Shown one piece after another: positions 22,105 to 33,473 of a stretch of DNA of 42,582 nucleotides (its first letter is position 1; every line of letters begins with the position of its first letter). The notes beneath the pieces are model-generated. The model saw nothing but the letters and a program-made list of their open reading frames with translations, did not search any database and had not been told where the DNA came from. Source of the stretch: an uncultured Thermococci archaeon (GTDB lineage Archaea > Methanobacteriota_B > Thermococci > Thermococcales > Thermococcaceae); contig CAZAPD010000035.1 of the NCBI GenBank assembly GCA_964487115.1, forward strand, positions 1 through 42,582, written 5' to 3'. The translations under genes and the position numbers were made by a program.

Positions 22105-22338
22105 TTTTACCACCACCAAATTTTCCACTATGGTTATTTGACGGTATGGTATATAAGGTTTTTTCTTAATATCAAAGTTTTTCCGGTTATTAAATCCAAT
22201 GACTTAATATAACTTCAGCCGATATTACAGATGTTGCATGGATATACAAAAAGATTACTCCATCTTAGATTTTAAGTTTTTTGATCCAGTAAAAAATGAT
22301 TAAGACGTAATAAAATCTGAATTTATACACATGTTATG

Positions 22339-25300
22339 TCATAATTCATTGGAACTGATGTACGATTTTATCTCATTATATAACCGCACAAGGACATTTT
22401 GGTAATCAACACGATTTTCTTCCACCATGTCCATGAGTTCCTCCAATTCTCTTGTTTTTTCTTCGCTGACCAGCTCTTTGTATTTGCTCACCAAATAATG
22501 ATAGACCTTAATGCCCTGTTCTGTGGGGACGAGTTTTTTCCTGCCTTTAGTTTCGATAACATAATATCTACTGAGCAACGTTTTGACTATCTTGGCATAA
22601 GTTGAGGGCCTACCTATCTTCTTTTCTTTCATCAGAGCTATTATATCTCCTTGTGTATAAAGTTGGACTTTCGGAGCACGCCATTTCTTAAATTCTTTTA
22701 CCTTAAGTCTTTGTCCCTTTTTGAGCTTTGGAATCTGCCATAGCGGGAGTTTTCTTATCTTTGCCCAGCCATCGTAAAGTATGTTAATGTAACCTTCAAC
22801 TTCAGCTTTGGCTACTCTACCATCTATCACAGCTCTTTCATGGAGAATTCTGGCCGCTTTCATCTGACTTGCCATAAAACGTTTGAATATCATGTCATAT
22901 AGCCTGAAATGATTTCTGGTTAGACCTCTTGCGAGTGTGATAACCCCATCTCTAATGAGTTGCATTAACCTTCCGGTATCAATTGGTCTGGTAGGTCTTA
23001 TTGCCTCATGGGCGCCTTCATCACCCCATTTTCTCGGAGCAAAATAATCTTCCCCAAGTTCCTGTGTTATATATTCCTTTGCAACATCGATTCCTGTATT
23101 GCTCACGTGAATCGAATCGGTACGGTGATAAGTTATTAGACCTAACTCAAAGAGATCCTGTGCAAGTTGCATTGTCTGGGGTGCGGAGAGGCCAAGGTAG
23201 CGGGATGCGTCCTGAAGCATTGTGTCTGTCGTGTATGGTGGCAGTGGATTGAGCTCTCTCTCCTCTATTTTAACTTCCTCCACAGTTATCTCTCTGATTT
23301 CTTCCTTAACTCCCTCTAACATCACCGTTAAGCCATTTTCGAGAGTTAAGAGCATGAAATCGGTTTCGCTCTCGGTAAATTCCTTGTATCTCTGGATAAT
23401 CCATCCCAGAACTGGTGTCTGTACCCTGCCCGCAGATAGGTTCCTGTTCTCAAAGACCTGCTGGAGTTTCTGGCTAAGTTCAAATCCTATCCATCTGTCT
23501 TCTATTCTCCTGACAAGCTGGGCATTGACACGAGCTTCATTTACATCCCTTGCATCTTCCAGTGCTTTCAATATTGCTGGCCGTGTAACCTCATGGAACT
23601 CTATGCGCTTGATGTTGGGAGTATAAGGACTAAGCACGTTTCTGATATCCCATGCTATTTTCTCACCTTCTGTATCGGGATCAGTTGCTATGAGAATCTC
23701 ATCCACCTCCTGAGCAATCTCCCGCATTGCCCCAACATTTTCAAAGGCATCCCTCACATTTTGGGAGCCGCATCTTGGACAGATCCCCCTCTCTTCCCAG
23801 TCGACGAACTGATGGCCACAGTCCCTGCATCTTTTTATTGTATCATAAACAGGAACAAAAAACATGTTACCGTCTGTCTCCCTAATTAACACCCCATGAT
23901 AACCTTCATTTGTAACGAGGTCAAACATATGGCCACCACTTGCTAAGATTGTTAGCATCCTGTCACCTATGCTAACTTCATATGCTACTAAGTCCCCTAT
24001 GCGTCTCTTGCTCGGCTGACCAAAGAAGTTTGCTATTGTCCGGGCTTTGTTTGGAGATTCAACTATCATTAGTGCAGATTTAACAAGATCCTTTGTCTTC
24101 TGGCTTATTTTTCCTTCCATTACAAGCTTGACCTTTATTCTATCTTCGTCTATTTCCCTCAAAAGTTCCTTCAAGTTCAGCTCCTCAAAAGGCTCCATTT
24201 TAAACTCTGTAAAGCGCCAGCGCATCTGTCTTATTAAACCGTTGAAGACCTTCTCATTATCTACAATGAGAACACTTAACCCCCTGGTTATCCCACCTGC
24301 AAAAAGCCTGCTTGTTCTTCCAGTTGCTTGGATATATGTTCTAACATCGGGAATTTCAATGTACCACTTTCCTTTTTCCTCATTGAGACTTACAAATGGA
24401 TCTTCAGCTATCCTTTTTAGAACACTCTCATCTTTGAGTACTTTTCTCAGAAACTCAACAGTTTGCCGGAATACACCCAGAACATGATTGTGGAACCCCT
24501 CAAGTGGCAGCCCCTCAGCTAAAGCCTCCTCAATCTTTAACAGCTCGAACTGTGGTATGTTTCTTATAAGCCTCCTTAATCGGGCGTATAATTTTTCTGC
24601 CTCTTTTCTTTGGTCTTTTTCAAGAAATTCCATAACCTCGCTCATCAGCCCGAGGACACGGTAAATAGTAGGATGCTCAAGGTCTATCGAGAACCTGAAT
24701 TTAGGAACTCCCGTAAAGATGGAGTACCGTATGAGATGGGGTAAATCCAAGCCACGAACGATACTCCCGTAATAAGTAGCGACTCCAACGAGGTAATCAA
24801 CCTCACCATTTTCAAACTTTTCCAGCCCTTTCTTGCTCTTTGATGAGATTAGCTCTACCTTTAAATCCCTCTCCTTGAGATAGCTCGTGAGTTCCTCAGC
24901 ATAGCTTATTCCCTGATCAATCGGAACAAAAACTAAGCCTCCTCCCCCAAGTTTGTTAAGCAGTTCAGCAACGTGTTCTTTAGGGTCTTTTTCAGGGAAC
25001 AGGTAGCTGTCAACTACATTTCTAAGTGCCGATCTTCCGCTACCAACCTCAAACCCTAAAAGCTCGCGATAGAGTTTTATCCTGTCACCACGAGCGCTTC
25101 CGGTGGCAGAAGCTATGATTAAAACCCCAATATCATGTTTTTGTTTAAATTCTTCAATCTCTTGACTAATCTTCCTGATCTGCTCATTCAGCTCCTTGAG
25201 ACGCTCATTCTTGTCCTCAGAGTTGCCATTTAGATACCGGGCCATCTGCTTTTTGAGTCTTATGATTTCCCATGCTTTCTGAATTATATCATTATTGAAT

Positions 25301-25998
25301 CCGAGCAGGATAAGGGAGCGATCAATATTCTTCGAGGCTTTTAAGAATGCGTCGACGTCATCGACGAAAATAAAGTCAAAATGCTTGTCCATGAAGACCT
25401 CATCAAATTTTCTCGCTAAATACTGAGCACTTGTTATAAGGATATCGTAATTCCCACTTTTAATTTTTTCAAGCATCTCTCCCTTCTCCTTCTTCCTTAA
25501 ATTGCCGTGGTAATAAGCAAGGTTGACCTGAATCCCGGCTTTTTCCGCAAGCTGGGTCACTTTTTTGATTGTCTGAATTACAAGAGGGGTTGTTGGAACG
25601 ATCATGTAACTCTTCTTTCCTTGTATAGCGTAATAAATGGCCATAAAAGCCCCAAAGGTGCTCTTGCCCATCCCGGTTGGGGCTATAATAGAGAAGCTTT
25701 TTCCTTTCACAAGTCTTTTAACCCATGTTTTTTGAGCACTCCAGAATGTAAAACCCGTGGCTTTTTCGAAGAGGCTTTCAATTTCTTTAAGCTTAGTCTC
25801 AAGCCGGTAAATATCCTCCCACTGTTTCAGGGTGCCCCTAACTTTTAGAGCATCTCTCACAGCTGTTATAAGATCAATATACATCTGGGCGTGAATTTCA
25901 TCCTCAATACATGTCTCACATGGATTCTTTTTGTAAAGCCTCTCATCACAAATCCTACCAGCACAATTTGGACACATACTTTTGTAGATGGCCTTCAT
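22339..25998 (-). CDS. rgy: Reverse gyrase (no intein evident)
   Basis: N-terminal Zn finger [12 protein letters not shown] and DDVD helicase motifs; topo IA motifs [24 protein letters not shown] and ITYHRTDS. 1219 aa. Confidence 0.98.
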   Translation of the reverse strand: MKAIYKSMCPNCAGRICDERLYKKNPCETCIEDEIHAQMYIDLITAVRDALKVRGTLKQWEDIYRLETKLKEIESLFEKATGFTFWSAQKTWVKRLVKGKSFSIIAPTGMGKSTFGAFMAIYYAIQGKKSYMIVPTTPLVIQTIKKVTQLAEKAGIQVNLAYYHGNLRKKEKGEMLEKIKSGNYDILITSAQYLARKFDEVFMDKHFDFIFVDDVDAFLKASKNIDRSLILLGFNNDIIQKAWEIIRLKKQMARYLNGNSEDKNERLKELNEQIRKISQEIEEFKQKHDIGVLIIASATGSARGDRIKLYRELLGFEVGSGRSALRNVVDSYLFPEKDPKEHVAELLNKLGGGGLVFVPIDQGISYAEELTSYLKERDLKVELISSKSKKGLEKFENGEVDYLVGVATYYGSIVRGLDLPHLIRYSIFTGVPKFRFSIDLEHPTIYRVLGLMSEVMEFLEKDQRKEAEKLYARLRRLIRNIPQFELLKIEEALAEGLPLEGFHNHVLGVFRQTVEFLRKVLKDESVLKRIAEDPFVSLNEEKGKWYIEIPDVRTYIQATGRTSRLFAGGITRGLSVLIVDNEKVFNGLIRQMRWRFTEFKMEPFEELNLKELLREIDEDRIKVKLVMEGKISQKTKDLVKSALMIVESPNKARTIANFFGQPSKRRIGDLVAYEVSIGDRMLTILASGGHMFDLVTNEGYHGVLIRETDGNMFFVPVYDTIKRCRDCGHQFVDWEERGICPRCGSQNVRDAFENVGAMREIAQEVDEILIATDPDTEGEKIAWDIRNVLSPYTPNIKRIEFHEVTRPAILKALEDARDVNEARVNAQLVRRIEDRWIGFELSQKLQQVFENRNLSAGRVQTPVLGWIIQRYKEFTESETDFMLLTLENGLTVMLEGVKEEIREITVEEVKIEERELNPLPPYTTDTMLQDASRYLGLSAPQTMQLAQDLFELGLITYHRTDSIHVSNTGIDVAKEYITQELGEDYFAPRKWGDEGAHEAIRPTRPIDTGRLMQLIRDGVITLARGLTRNHFRLYDMIFKRFMASQMKAARILHERAVIDGRVAKAEVEGYINILYDGWAKIRKLPLWQIPKLKKGQRLKVKEFKKWRAPKVQLYTQGDIIALMKEKKIGRPSTYAKIVKTLLSRYYVIETKGRKKLVPTEQGIKVYHYLVSKYKELVSEEKTRELEELMDMVEENRVDYQNVLVRLYNEIKSYISSNEL

Positions 25999-26037
25999 TT
26001 TACCACCCTCTAATCTCTCTTTTAGTGATGGCTTCTT

Positions 26038-26571
26038 TTATAAGGCTTTTTGAGAGGCATGTTCTAACTCTTTTTTCAAAATTTCAGCCAATTTGTACTC
26101 TGAAAAAAGCTCTTTATATTCCTCAAGTATCTCCTCAAGCTCAAAATATGTTCTCTCCTTGGGGAATAATTCCAAAAATTTTAAAGCCTTTCTGAAAAGT
26201 CTCGCCACTTCGCTCCCACTTTCGTCATTGTTGAGCATATATCTCAGCTCTTTCAATGTGAGTTCTATCCCGAATTCGGGATTTGCGATGGAGTACATAT
26301 CAACGATACATTCAGGAGAGAATTCAGCGTATTTTTTGTCTGTTTTAATGTAAAAGCCTTCATTAAAGGCAGTCATAACTGCAGCTACATGTTTGCAGTC
26401 TCCTCCAAGGGGACAGGTGCACTTATTCCCCCCGCCCTCTATTCCAAGTTCAACATAATATGGATATGTGCCCAAAACCTTAGAAAACAGTTTATTTCCT
26501 TTTTTTACAACCCATAATACTCTGCCTTCTCTGAAGTATTTCTTACCCTTTTTCAGGACCTTCTCCTCCAT
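26038..26571 (-). CDS. SWIM zinc-finger protein
   Basis: CTCP...CKH SWIM motif preceded by VLGTYPYYV. Confidence 0.88.
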   Translation of the reverse strand: MEEKVLKKGKKYFREGRVLWVVKKGNKLFSKVLGTYPYYVELGIEGGGNKCTCPLGGDCKHVAAVMTAFNEGFYIKTDKKYAEFSPECIVDMYSIANPEFGIELTLKELRYMLNNDESGSEVARLFRKALKFLELFPKERTYFELEEILEEYKELFSEYKLAEILKKELEHASQKAL

Positions 26572-26758
26572 TATAACCACTAAGGTTAGTAAGCAATGAA
26601 GATTTTAAACCTTTTGGTGGGCAGTAACATACTATTAGTTTAATGATGCTTCCAAGAAAGTATAAACCTGAACACTTGGCAGGCACGTCAAAATTATCCC
26701 AGCAGTAACAGCGGTAGTTTTTAATTTGGAATGGCATATTTATATATGAGGTGGTGTT

Positions 26759-26992
26759 ATGGATGTTTTTGAGTTGGCAAGAAGATATCATGAGGAGCTT
26801 GGTATAGAAGAACCAAGCTTTGCAACTATGGCTGCTGAAATGTTTGAAGATCTTGGCCTGAAGCTTCTTGAGCACCTCCAAGAAGAGGGTTACACCTTAA
26901 AGGGAACCAGATTTCTGGATTACGACAAAACGCTTATCCTCCAAATAATGAAAGGAGAAAGAAACTTTGAGATTGCCCTTAGGAAGGCTTAA
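26759..26992 (+). CDS. Conserved hypothetical protein
   Basis: 77 aa with GAGGTGG SD and an upstream TTTATATA box. Confidence 0.8.
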   Translation: MDVFELARRYHEELGIEEPSFATMAAEMFEDLGLKLLEHLQEEGYTLKGTRFLDYDKTLILQIMKGERNFEIALRKA

Positions 26993-28299
26993 TAGCTTGT
27001 TTCATAGTCGAATACTATTTCCTTCTTTTCACCCGGTCCCACGGTTACTTTAAATTCAACATAGTTTGCTGTTTCATTGAGAGGTTTTATTGAGGATGTT
27101 TTCAATACCCCACGTTTATAATGCCTTACGATCACTGTTTTTGTTTCCTTCCCAAAGTTTTCAATTGTAATTTTAATTTTATAGTAGGAATAGTGATTGC
27201 CATGTTTCTCTTCGAGTATCTGAGTTGTTCCCTTTAGGTCGATGTCCTTTCCAATTCCTATCCTTAAAACATCTCCTTTGGGAGTGTGCTCAATTGACCT
27301 TTCTCCAATAAGGATGTTGCTTCCGTTCATATCTTTGTAAATTTCGACTATTCCGGCAGGGAGGACTTTTTCTGTCTTAAATGATATTGATTCATAAACT
27401 GCACTACTGCCCCTGTAGGGATAGCTCTCATAAAGGTATTCGCGCTTGAATGGTGTCTCCTGGTAGATGTAAGGTATCATTTTCTTCTCAAAAGGATTTA
27501 CAGATGCAGTGCCAAGTCTGTAGATGTAAAATGCCTCTAACTTTTCAGGTTCTATCGAGGAAACTGTACCTGACTTCTCTGTTGTGGTTGTGAGTGTATA
27601 AAGTGTTCTGGGTTGCATATAGAAGCTAACTTCTCCTGAGACGAGGGCTATTTCAGCGTTTTCAAATTTCTCCCTTGTAGGATTGTCTATGACGACGTAA
27701 CCCAAGAGTTTTGCTTTGTTGCCTATATAGAGTTTGTATCTTGAGCTCCATCCTATTCCCTTCACACGGTAAATCAAGTCGAAGGAGTATTTTCCATCCT
27801 TTTCTGCTTGGATTATGGCGTAAGCTTGGGCTCTGTTATTGTCAAGACCTGAAACCTTCAGGTATGAGATTTCATCAGGATTTATGACATAAAGTCTATC
27901 TCCTTCTATAACAACATATCCGTTCTTCAATCCGAGGAGCTTCCCTGATATCTCTTCACCATCATTAAGCTTCACTGTTACTTCTTTTCCTGTGTTAGCT
28001 TCATAAACACTCTTTTCTGGCATCACTTGGCTCACAATTCCGAGGACGTAAACATTACTGCTTAAGGGTGTTAGAGTTATCTCCTCTATATTGAGCCCCT
28101 GCAATTCATCGAGTGGAACCTCGTTTATACCTTTTTTTAAACTAAGTGTAATGTTTTTCTCAATTACACCAACTTTTGCCGAGTCATAGAGAACAACGGT
28201 TTCCCCTTTAGGGGCTGCCTGTTCCCCCTGGAGGAATAGAAGTGCCAGAACCAGTATGATAATTCCAAAACTGCCAATGAGTTTTTTCTTCAAATTCAT
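26989..28299 (-). CDS. DUF4139-domain exported protein
   Basis: Signal/anchor peptide; WSSRY, IDNPT...ALVSGEV, LPAGIV and IEHTPKG motifs. Confidence 0.8.
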   Translation of the reverse strand: MNLKKKLIGSFGIIILVLALLFLQGEQAAPKGETVVLYDSAKVGVIEKNITLSLKKGINEVPLDELQGLNIEEITLTPLSSNVYVLGIVSQVMPEKSVYEANTGKEVTVKLNDGEEISGKLLGLKNGYVVIEGDRLYVINPDEISYLKVSGLDNNRAQAYAIIQAEKDGKYSFDLIYRVKGIGWSSRYKLYIGNKAKLLGYVVIDNPTREKFENAEIALVSGEVSFYMQPRTLYTLTTTTEKSGTVSSIEPEKLEAFYIYRLGTASVNPFEKKMIPYIYQETPFKREYLYESYPYRGSSAVYESISFKTEKVLPAGIVEIYKDMNGSNILIGERSIEHTPKGDVLRIGIGKDIDLKGTTQILEEKHGNHYSYYKIKITIENFGKETKTVIVRHYKRGVLKTSSIKPLNETANYVEFKVTVGPGEKKEIVFDYETSY

Positions 28300-28427
28300 C
28301 ACCCGATATAGTCTTTATCCTCATACTATTTATAATGAGCGACAGCTTCAATCTGAGTTGAAGGGAAATCCTTTTAACTCTCCAGACATAGTTGGGATTG
28401 CATTCCAATGATTGAGAGGTGATAGAT

Positions 28428-29126
28428 ATGGAAAGAATTGAAAAAGCAAGGCAGATCATCGAGAAAGCCAAGGTCGAAAACCGACCGCTCGTCGAGCCTG
28501 AGGCGAAGGAGATACTCAAACTCTATGATGTCCCGGTTCCTGACTTCAAGGTTGCCACCAACGAGGAAGAAGCTGTGAAGTTTGCCAGGGAGATCGGCTA
28601 TCCTGTCGTTATGAAGATCGTCTCTCCCCAAATCATCCACAAGAGCGACGCTGGTGGTGTCAAAATCAATATCAAGAGCGACGAGGAGGCAAGGGAAGCC
28701 TTTAGGAAGATAATGGAGAACGCTAAGAACTACAAACCGGATGCTGATCTCTGGGGCGTTATAATCTACAAGATGCTCCCGCTCGGCAAGGAGGTCATAG
28801 TCGGCATGATACGCGACCCGCAGTTCGGCCCGGCCATAATGTTCGGCCTCGGGGGGATCTTCGTCGAGATCCTCAAGGATGTTTCCTTCCGCGTCGCCCC
28901 GATAACCAAGGAGGAAGCCCTTGACATGATAAAGGAAATCAAAGCCTATCCAATTTTAGCTGGAGCACGTGGTGAGAAGCCTGTTCACATAGATGCCCTC
29001 GCTGATCTAATTGTAAAAGTTGGTGAGCTGGCACTTGAGCTTCCAGAAATAAAAGAGCTCGATATCAATCCAATTTTTGCCTATGAGGATAGTGCAGTTG
29101 CAGTCGATGCCAGGATGCTTCTCTGA
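28428..29126 (+). CDS. acdB: ADP-forming acetyl-CoA synthetase, beta subunit (ATP-grasp)
   Basis: GYPVVMKIVSPQIIHKSDAGGV, DPQFGP..FGLGG and ELDINP..AVDAR motifs. Confidence 0.93.
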   Translation: MERIEKARQIIEKAKVENRPLVEPEAKEILKLYDVPVPDFKVATNEEEAVKFAREIGYPVVMKIVSPQIIHKSDAGGVKINIKSDEEAREAFRKIMENAKNYKPDADLWGVIIYKMLPLGKEVIVGMIRDPQFGPAIMFGLGGIFVEILKDVSFRVAPITKEEALDMIKEIKAYPILAGARGEKPVHIDALADLIVKVGELALELPEIKELDINPIFAYEDSAVAVDARMLL

Positions 29127-29193
29127 CTTTCTCTTAATTCTTTCTTAATCTGTTTGTATGATTGCCTGATTGTTTAAAATAAAAAAAGTAAAT

Positions 29194-30633
29194 TCAGCCG
29201 ACGGTGAAAATTCTTATGGTGTTTGTTCCTGCGGTTTTTCCTATTGGAGTTCCTTTAGTTAGGAGAACAGTATCATTCTCTGAAACTAATCCAAGCCCCT
29301 TGATTACGCTGATTATCTCCTTCTCGCTTGTCTCATTAACGAGGAATGGATAAACGCCATAGGAAAACATCAGGCTATTGGCAACCTGTTCATCTGTAGC
29401 AAAGGCCAGAATCCACTGTTTTGGTTTGAAGCGCGAGATCAGTCGTGCTGTCTGTCCTGTTCTTGTTGGAGTTAAAATATATTTTATGTTTATTGAGTTT
29501 AGAGCCTCTATGATGCTTCTTGTTATTGCATCCTTAATCGTCCCTTTTCTGGGTATTTTCTCCTTCCATTCCAGGGTTTTCCAGTCCGCTATGCGGGATG
29601 ACCACATTGAATCCCTGTAGGCTTCGGTGGTTCTTGCGATTTTGGCCATCATTCTGACGGTCTCAACGGGGTATTTTCCAACAGCGGTTTCCTCTGAAAG
29701 CATTACAGCATCGGTTCCATCAAGTATAGCATTTGCAACATCCGTGACCTCAGCTCTGGTTGGTAATTTTTCTTCGGTCATACTTTCGAGCATCTGGGTA
29801 GCAGTTATAACAGGTTTCCCAGCCAAATTTGCTTTGTGTATAAGTTTTTTCTGGAGGATTGGTAGTTTTTCAATTGGCATTTCTACCCCTAAATCACCTC
29901 TGGCGATCATTATTCCATCTGTGGCACAGAGTATGTCCTCAAAGTTTTTAACAGCATCAGGCCTTTCTATCTTTGAAATTATGAAGATTCTCTTCTTTCT
30001 CTCATCTGTAAAGCGTCTAACTTTCAGTATATCGTATGCTGAACCAACGAAGGAAATGCCCACAGCATCGATTCCCTTTTCAATAGCAAAGTCCAATATC
30101 TCCAGATCATGCTCTGTTATGGCTTCAACAGCCATTCGAGCCTTTGGAACATTTATTCCTTTGTGGGAAAATAGAGTTCCGCCAACCAGAACCTTACATA
30201 GAACTTCATTTTCTTTTACCTCTTCTACTCGGAGGGCTATGAAACCGTCACTGAGATATATGACATCTCCCTTTGAGACCATTTTGGGGAAGTCTTTAAA
30301 CTCTACTGGGATTTCAGCTTCTGTTCCCACTATATCTTTAGTCGTTAATGTTATCGTTTGCCATCTTCGTAGGGTTACGGATCCATTTTGCAGTTCACCC
30401 ACTCGGATTTTTACTCCGGGCAGATCCCCAAGAATTGCGACTCTCCGATTTATCCTTTCAGAAATTTCCCTGATCATTTTAATGATTCTTTCATGTTGTT
30501 TGAAGTCTCCGTGAGCGAAGTTAATACGTGCAACACTCATTCCTGCCTTGATCATGCTTTCAATTGTTTTCCTGTTCATTGAAGATGGCCCAATCGTAGC
30601 TATAATTTTCGTCTTGTTACTTGGCAGTCTCAT
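29194..30633 (-). CDS. pyk: Pyruvate kinase
   Basis: KTKIIATIGP, MIARGDLGVE, ATQMLESM and DAVMLSEETA motifs. Confidence 0.98.
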   Translation of the reverse strand: MRLPSNKTKIIATIGPSSMNRKTIESMIKAGMSVARINFAHGDFKQHERIIKMIREISERINRRVAILGDLPGVKIRVGELQNGSVTLRRWQTITLTTKDIVGTEAEIPVEFKDFPKMVSKGDVIYLSDGFIALRVEEVKENEVLCKVLVGGTLFSHKGINVPKARMAVEAITEHDLEILDFAIEKGIDAVGISFVGSAYDILKVRRFTDERKKRIFIISKIERPDAVKNFEDILCATDGIMIARGDLGVEMPIEKLPILQKKLIHKANLAGKPVITATQMLESMTEEKLPTRAEVTDVANAILDGTDAVMLSEETAVGKYPVETVRMMAKIARTTEAYRDSMWSSRIADWKTLEWKEKIPRKGTIKDAITRSIIEALNSINIKYILTPTRTGQTARLISRFKPKQWILAFATDEQVANSLMFSYGVYPFLVNETSEKEIISVIKGLGLVSENDTVLLTKGTPIGKTAGTNTIRIFTVG

Positions 30634-30679
30634 TAAACTTCACCTATATTGGAATATCACAATTACTACTTAAATAATA

Positions 30680-31150
30680 CTAACCCAAGATTGAGGAAAC
30701 ACCGATAGCTGGTATTGTGGTGATAAGGATACTTAAAAGTCCTCCAATGATTAAAGCAGGAACAGTCTTTTTTCGTTCCATACCAAACAGATAAGCGGCT
30801 AAGCTTCCTGTCCATACTCCAGTACCCGGGAGAGGTATTGCAACAAAAAGAATTAATCCGATAAATCCCCATTTTTCAACATATGGGCGAGCTTTGTTCC
30901 TTACCTTGCTGATATAATTCAGATAACTTTGTCCTATTCTTCTTAGCTCAGTTCGTTCTAATTTCAACATGATAATGTCAATATATGGGAGGAAAAACGG
31001 GAGAAGAAATGAGAGAACAAAAATTGCAATAGAAGCCACTATAAGAGTTCCTTGGATAGGGTAGCCTCTACCTATTCCATAGATAACAGCATATCTGCCT
31101 TCGAATGTAGGTAGTAGAGATAGTATAAAAACTTCCATTAATCTGTTCAT
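30680..31150 (-). CDS. COG2426 small multi-drug export-like membrane protein
   Basis: LPTFEGR and FVAIPLPGTGVWTG signatures. Confidence 0.88.
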   Translation of the reverse strand: MNRLMEVFILSLLPTFEGRYAVIYGIGRGYPIQGTLIVASIAIFVLSFLLPFFLPYIDIIMLKLERTELRRIGQSYLNYISKVRNKARPYVEKWGFIGLILFVAIPLPGTGVWTGSLAAYLFGMERKKTVPALIIGGLLSILITTIPAIGVSSILG

Positions 31151-31292
31151 TGCAATCAATGTAGAACATGGAGGTAATAAAAAGGTTGGGGTCTGAACCC
31201 TCCACTGTTGTTGTCCTCTGTCTATGATATTTATTATATCAAATGCACAAGCTTAATAAATTAGGATAGTCTAAGATCAGCACGGTCATAGT

Positions 31293-31676
31293 ATGAATAT
31301 CCTTGAAACTAAATTGACGAAACGGGCAATGAAGTTAAAACTGAAGGAGTTGATAATTGGAAAATGGACAGTTCTATATGTTTATCCTGGGAACAACACT
31401 CCCGGATGTACTGTAGATGCTGGGGATTTTTCAGAGTTACTATTCGGGATCAGGGGCTTAGATAATTGGAGTGAGTAGAGATTCAGTAAAAATCGCATCA
31501 GCGCTTTAAAGAGAGATAGAAATAGAATAAATGCCGCATTAATAAAAACATTGGAGCATGGAGAAAAAGACGCATGGGAAACCAAAGGAAAAATGGTTTG
31601 GAAGAAGATTAAGGTTAAAGCTAAAGGTCATACAGCAGAAGTCCTGAAAATTTTAAAGAATTTAATTAAAGAATAG
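31293..31676 (+). pseudogene. bcp: Bcp-type peroxiredoxin pseudogene (multiple frameshifts and deletions)
   Basis: GKWTVLYVYPGNNTPGCT in frame 1; IIGVSRDSVK / SHQRFKE, GAW and KVKAKGHTAEVL occur in shifted frames downstream. Confidence 0.82.
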
Positions 31677-31683
31677 AAACTTT

Positions 31684-32739
31684 TTATCCCACAAGGGCAT
31701 TTTTAAATCCAAAGCCTTTAATAAGCTCAACGGCTTTTTCCATTTCATCATAGGTGAGCCTTCTTGCTATCTCTGGATATCCATTAGCTTTGTATTCTGG
31801 TCTATACTGAAACATCACATTTATCCTGACATCTCTGCCAAGGTTTTCTGAAATCCATTTGAGAATAGGTTTTGTACAACACTCCAGATGGTTGGGCATC
31901 ACCAGATGTCGGATGAGGAATTCTGCTCTGTAATGGTCCTTTGCGAGAAGGAAATTTCTTGTAACAGTTTCCCAGTATTGGGGAACTTTTGAATATTTCA
32001 TAGCATCTTTGTTGTTTCCCCATTTAAAATCCGATAGGTATATATCCACAATACCATCGAGAAGCCTCATGGTCTTTTCGCTCATATACATGTTGGAATT
32101 CCAGAGGATTGGTATTGGAACTTCGATCTCTCTGAGAATATCAAGAATAAAAGGAATATTTGGTGTGGGCTCCCCTCCAACAAAATTAACGTTTTTCGCC
32201 CCCTCCATTCGAGCCACTCCAATTCTAATGGCAATCTCGTCAGGGGAGTAAGCTATGCCAACTCTCTGCTGGCTTATGTCCCAATTCTGGCAGAAGGCAC
32301 AGCGGAAGTTACAGCCCGAAAAGAAAACTGTATAAGAGGGTATAAGCTCAGGTTCTTCTCCGAGATGCAGGAAGGCACTCACAATTCTGCTCTCTTTCAC
32401 CCTGCAATAGCCAAGCTGTTTCTTTCTATCTACCCGGCATTTTATCTCACACAGTATGCATTCTTCCATGAGTCTGTGAGCTATGAGCGATTTTAAGTCA
32501 AGAAGACTCTGTTCGGGTTTTTCTGAGAGCTCGTTATTGTGCAGTTTTTCAATGCCTTCTTCATGCAACTGCCAGAGTTCATCAATAGAACAATCTTTGC
32601 TGAAGGACACTTTCACCTCTCGGGCATAGTAAAAATTCGGCTTTTCCTCTCCCCGTAGCAATGCAAAATAGTGGGGAAGGGCGTTTTCTGCACTTTTAAT
32701 TTCAGCAACTTCAACGTGTCTAAACAGCATATCATTCAT
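31684..32739 (-). CDS. Radical SAM protein (PflX / PFL-activating-enzyme-related)
   Basis: CNFRCAFC CX3CX2C motif; HLGEEPEL, GGEPTP and IRHLVMP motifs. Confidence 0.92.
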   Translation of the reverse strand: MNDMLFRHVEVAEIKSAENALPHYFALLRGEEKPNFYYAREVKVSFSKDCSIDELWQLHEEGIEKLHNNELSEKPEQSLLDLKSLIAHRLMEECILCEIKCRVDRKKQLGYCRVKESRIVSAFLHLGEEPELIPSYTVFFSGCNFRCAFCQNWDISQQRVGIAYSPDEIAIRIGVARMEGAKNVNFVGGEPTPNIPFILDILREIEVPIPILWNSNMYMSEKTMRLLDGIVDIYLSDFKWGNNKDAMKYSKVPQYWETVTRNFLLAKDHYRAEFLIRHLVMPNHLECCTKPILKWISENLGRDVRINVMFQYRPEYKANGYPEIARRLTYDEMEKAVELIKGFGFKNALVG

Positions 32740-32774
32740 TGGTTATCACTATCAGAACTTAAACTTTTTTCATA

Positions 32775-33407
32775 TTATGTCCATAACTGTATTTCAACAT
32801 TTCTTTTAAGTTCCAAGAAACAACGATCGCAATAAGTTGATGGTCTTAGATCCCACTCCTCAATAGTTTTCGGAGGATTCATGACGCACTCATTGTTGCA
32901 GTGCTCAAGTCCAAATGCATGACCAATCTCATGGAGGATACCCTTGAAAAGCCGCATTTTGAACTTTTCTCTGTCCTCAGAGTGAAATGGTTCTGTGGAG
33001 AGTATCATAATCCGCAAGTTGGTTATGGTTTCATGATAACCTAAAAACTTTTCATAGAAATCGAAGTATGGGTTTCTTGATATTATTGGAAAAGTTGTAA
33101 GTGCAAGGATTTTGTTCATAACGATTCTCCTATCCGGTTTTTCCCCCCTGTTTGTGGTTTCTTTGATATCCTGAAGAAGTCTGGAGTAGAGGGTTTCAAT
33201 AAGTGCTTCCAGAGGGTATGCCTTAAGTTTTCCCTTGGTAGTGTTTATGTTAATTAGATAACCGGGAGCTAATTTTAGGGGACCAATGTAGATGAGTCTG
33301 ATGTCTATATTATTGTTAGTGAAATATCTGTTGACTTCCTCGAAAACATCGAACAGTGTTTGCTTTTCTATAAAATTCCCAACGTATGTTGTTTCTATGA
33401 ATTGCAT
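32775..33407 (-). CDS. Archaemetzincin-like zinc metallopeptidase (M54)
   Basis: HEIGHAFGLEHC...CVM...CDRC. Confidence 0.9.
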   Translation of the reverse strand: MQFIETTYVGNFIEKQTLFDVFEEVNRYFTNNNIDIRLIYIGPLKLAPGYLININTTKGKLKAYPLEALIETLYSRLLQDIKETTNRGEKPDRRIVMNKILALTTFPIISRNPYFDFYEKFLGYHETITNLRIMILSTEPFHSEDREKFKMRLFKGILHEIGHAFGLEHCNNECVMNPPKTIEEWDLRPSTYCDRCFLELKRNVEIQLWT

Positions 33408-33473
33408 CAATTCCCCACACTAAAGTGGGGGATACTCAAGTTATTAAGCTTTTTGCTATTTGTTATATTTATG

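Noticed and set aside
22339..25998. Possible intein in reverse gyrase
   Set aside because: The length (1219 aa) fits an intein-free enzyme, and I saw no splice-junction or LAGLIDADG blocks.
26640..26700. Possible C/D-box sRNA (ATGATG...CTGA)
   Set aside because: Box C is imperfect, there is no second C'/D pair, and no recognisable guide.
29627..30514. 295-aa ORF on the + strand
   Set aside because: Lies wholly antisense to pyk, with Ser/Ile-rich shadow composition and no SD or motifs.
30655..30671. TGM half-site TATCAC upstream of pyk
   Set aside because: The second half-site GTGATA is absent at the N5 spacing.
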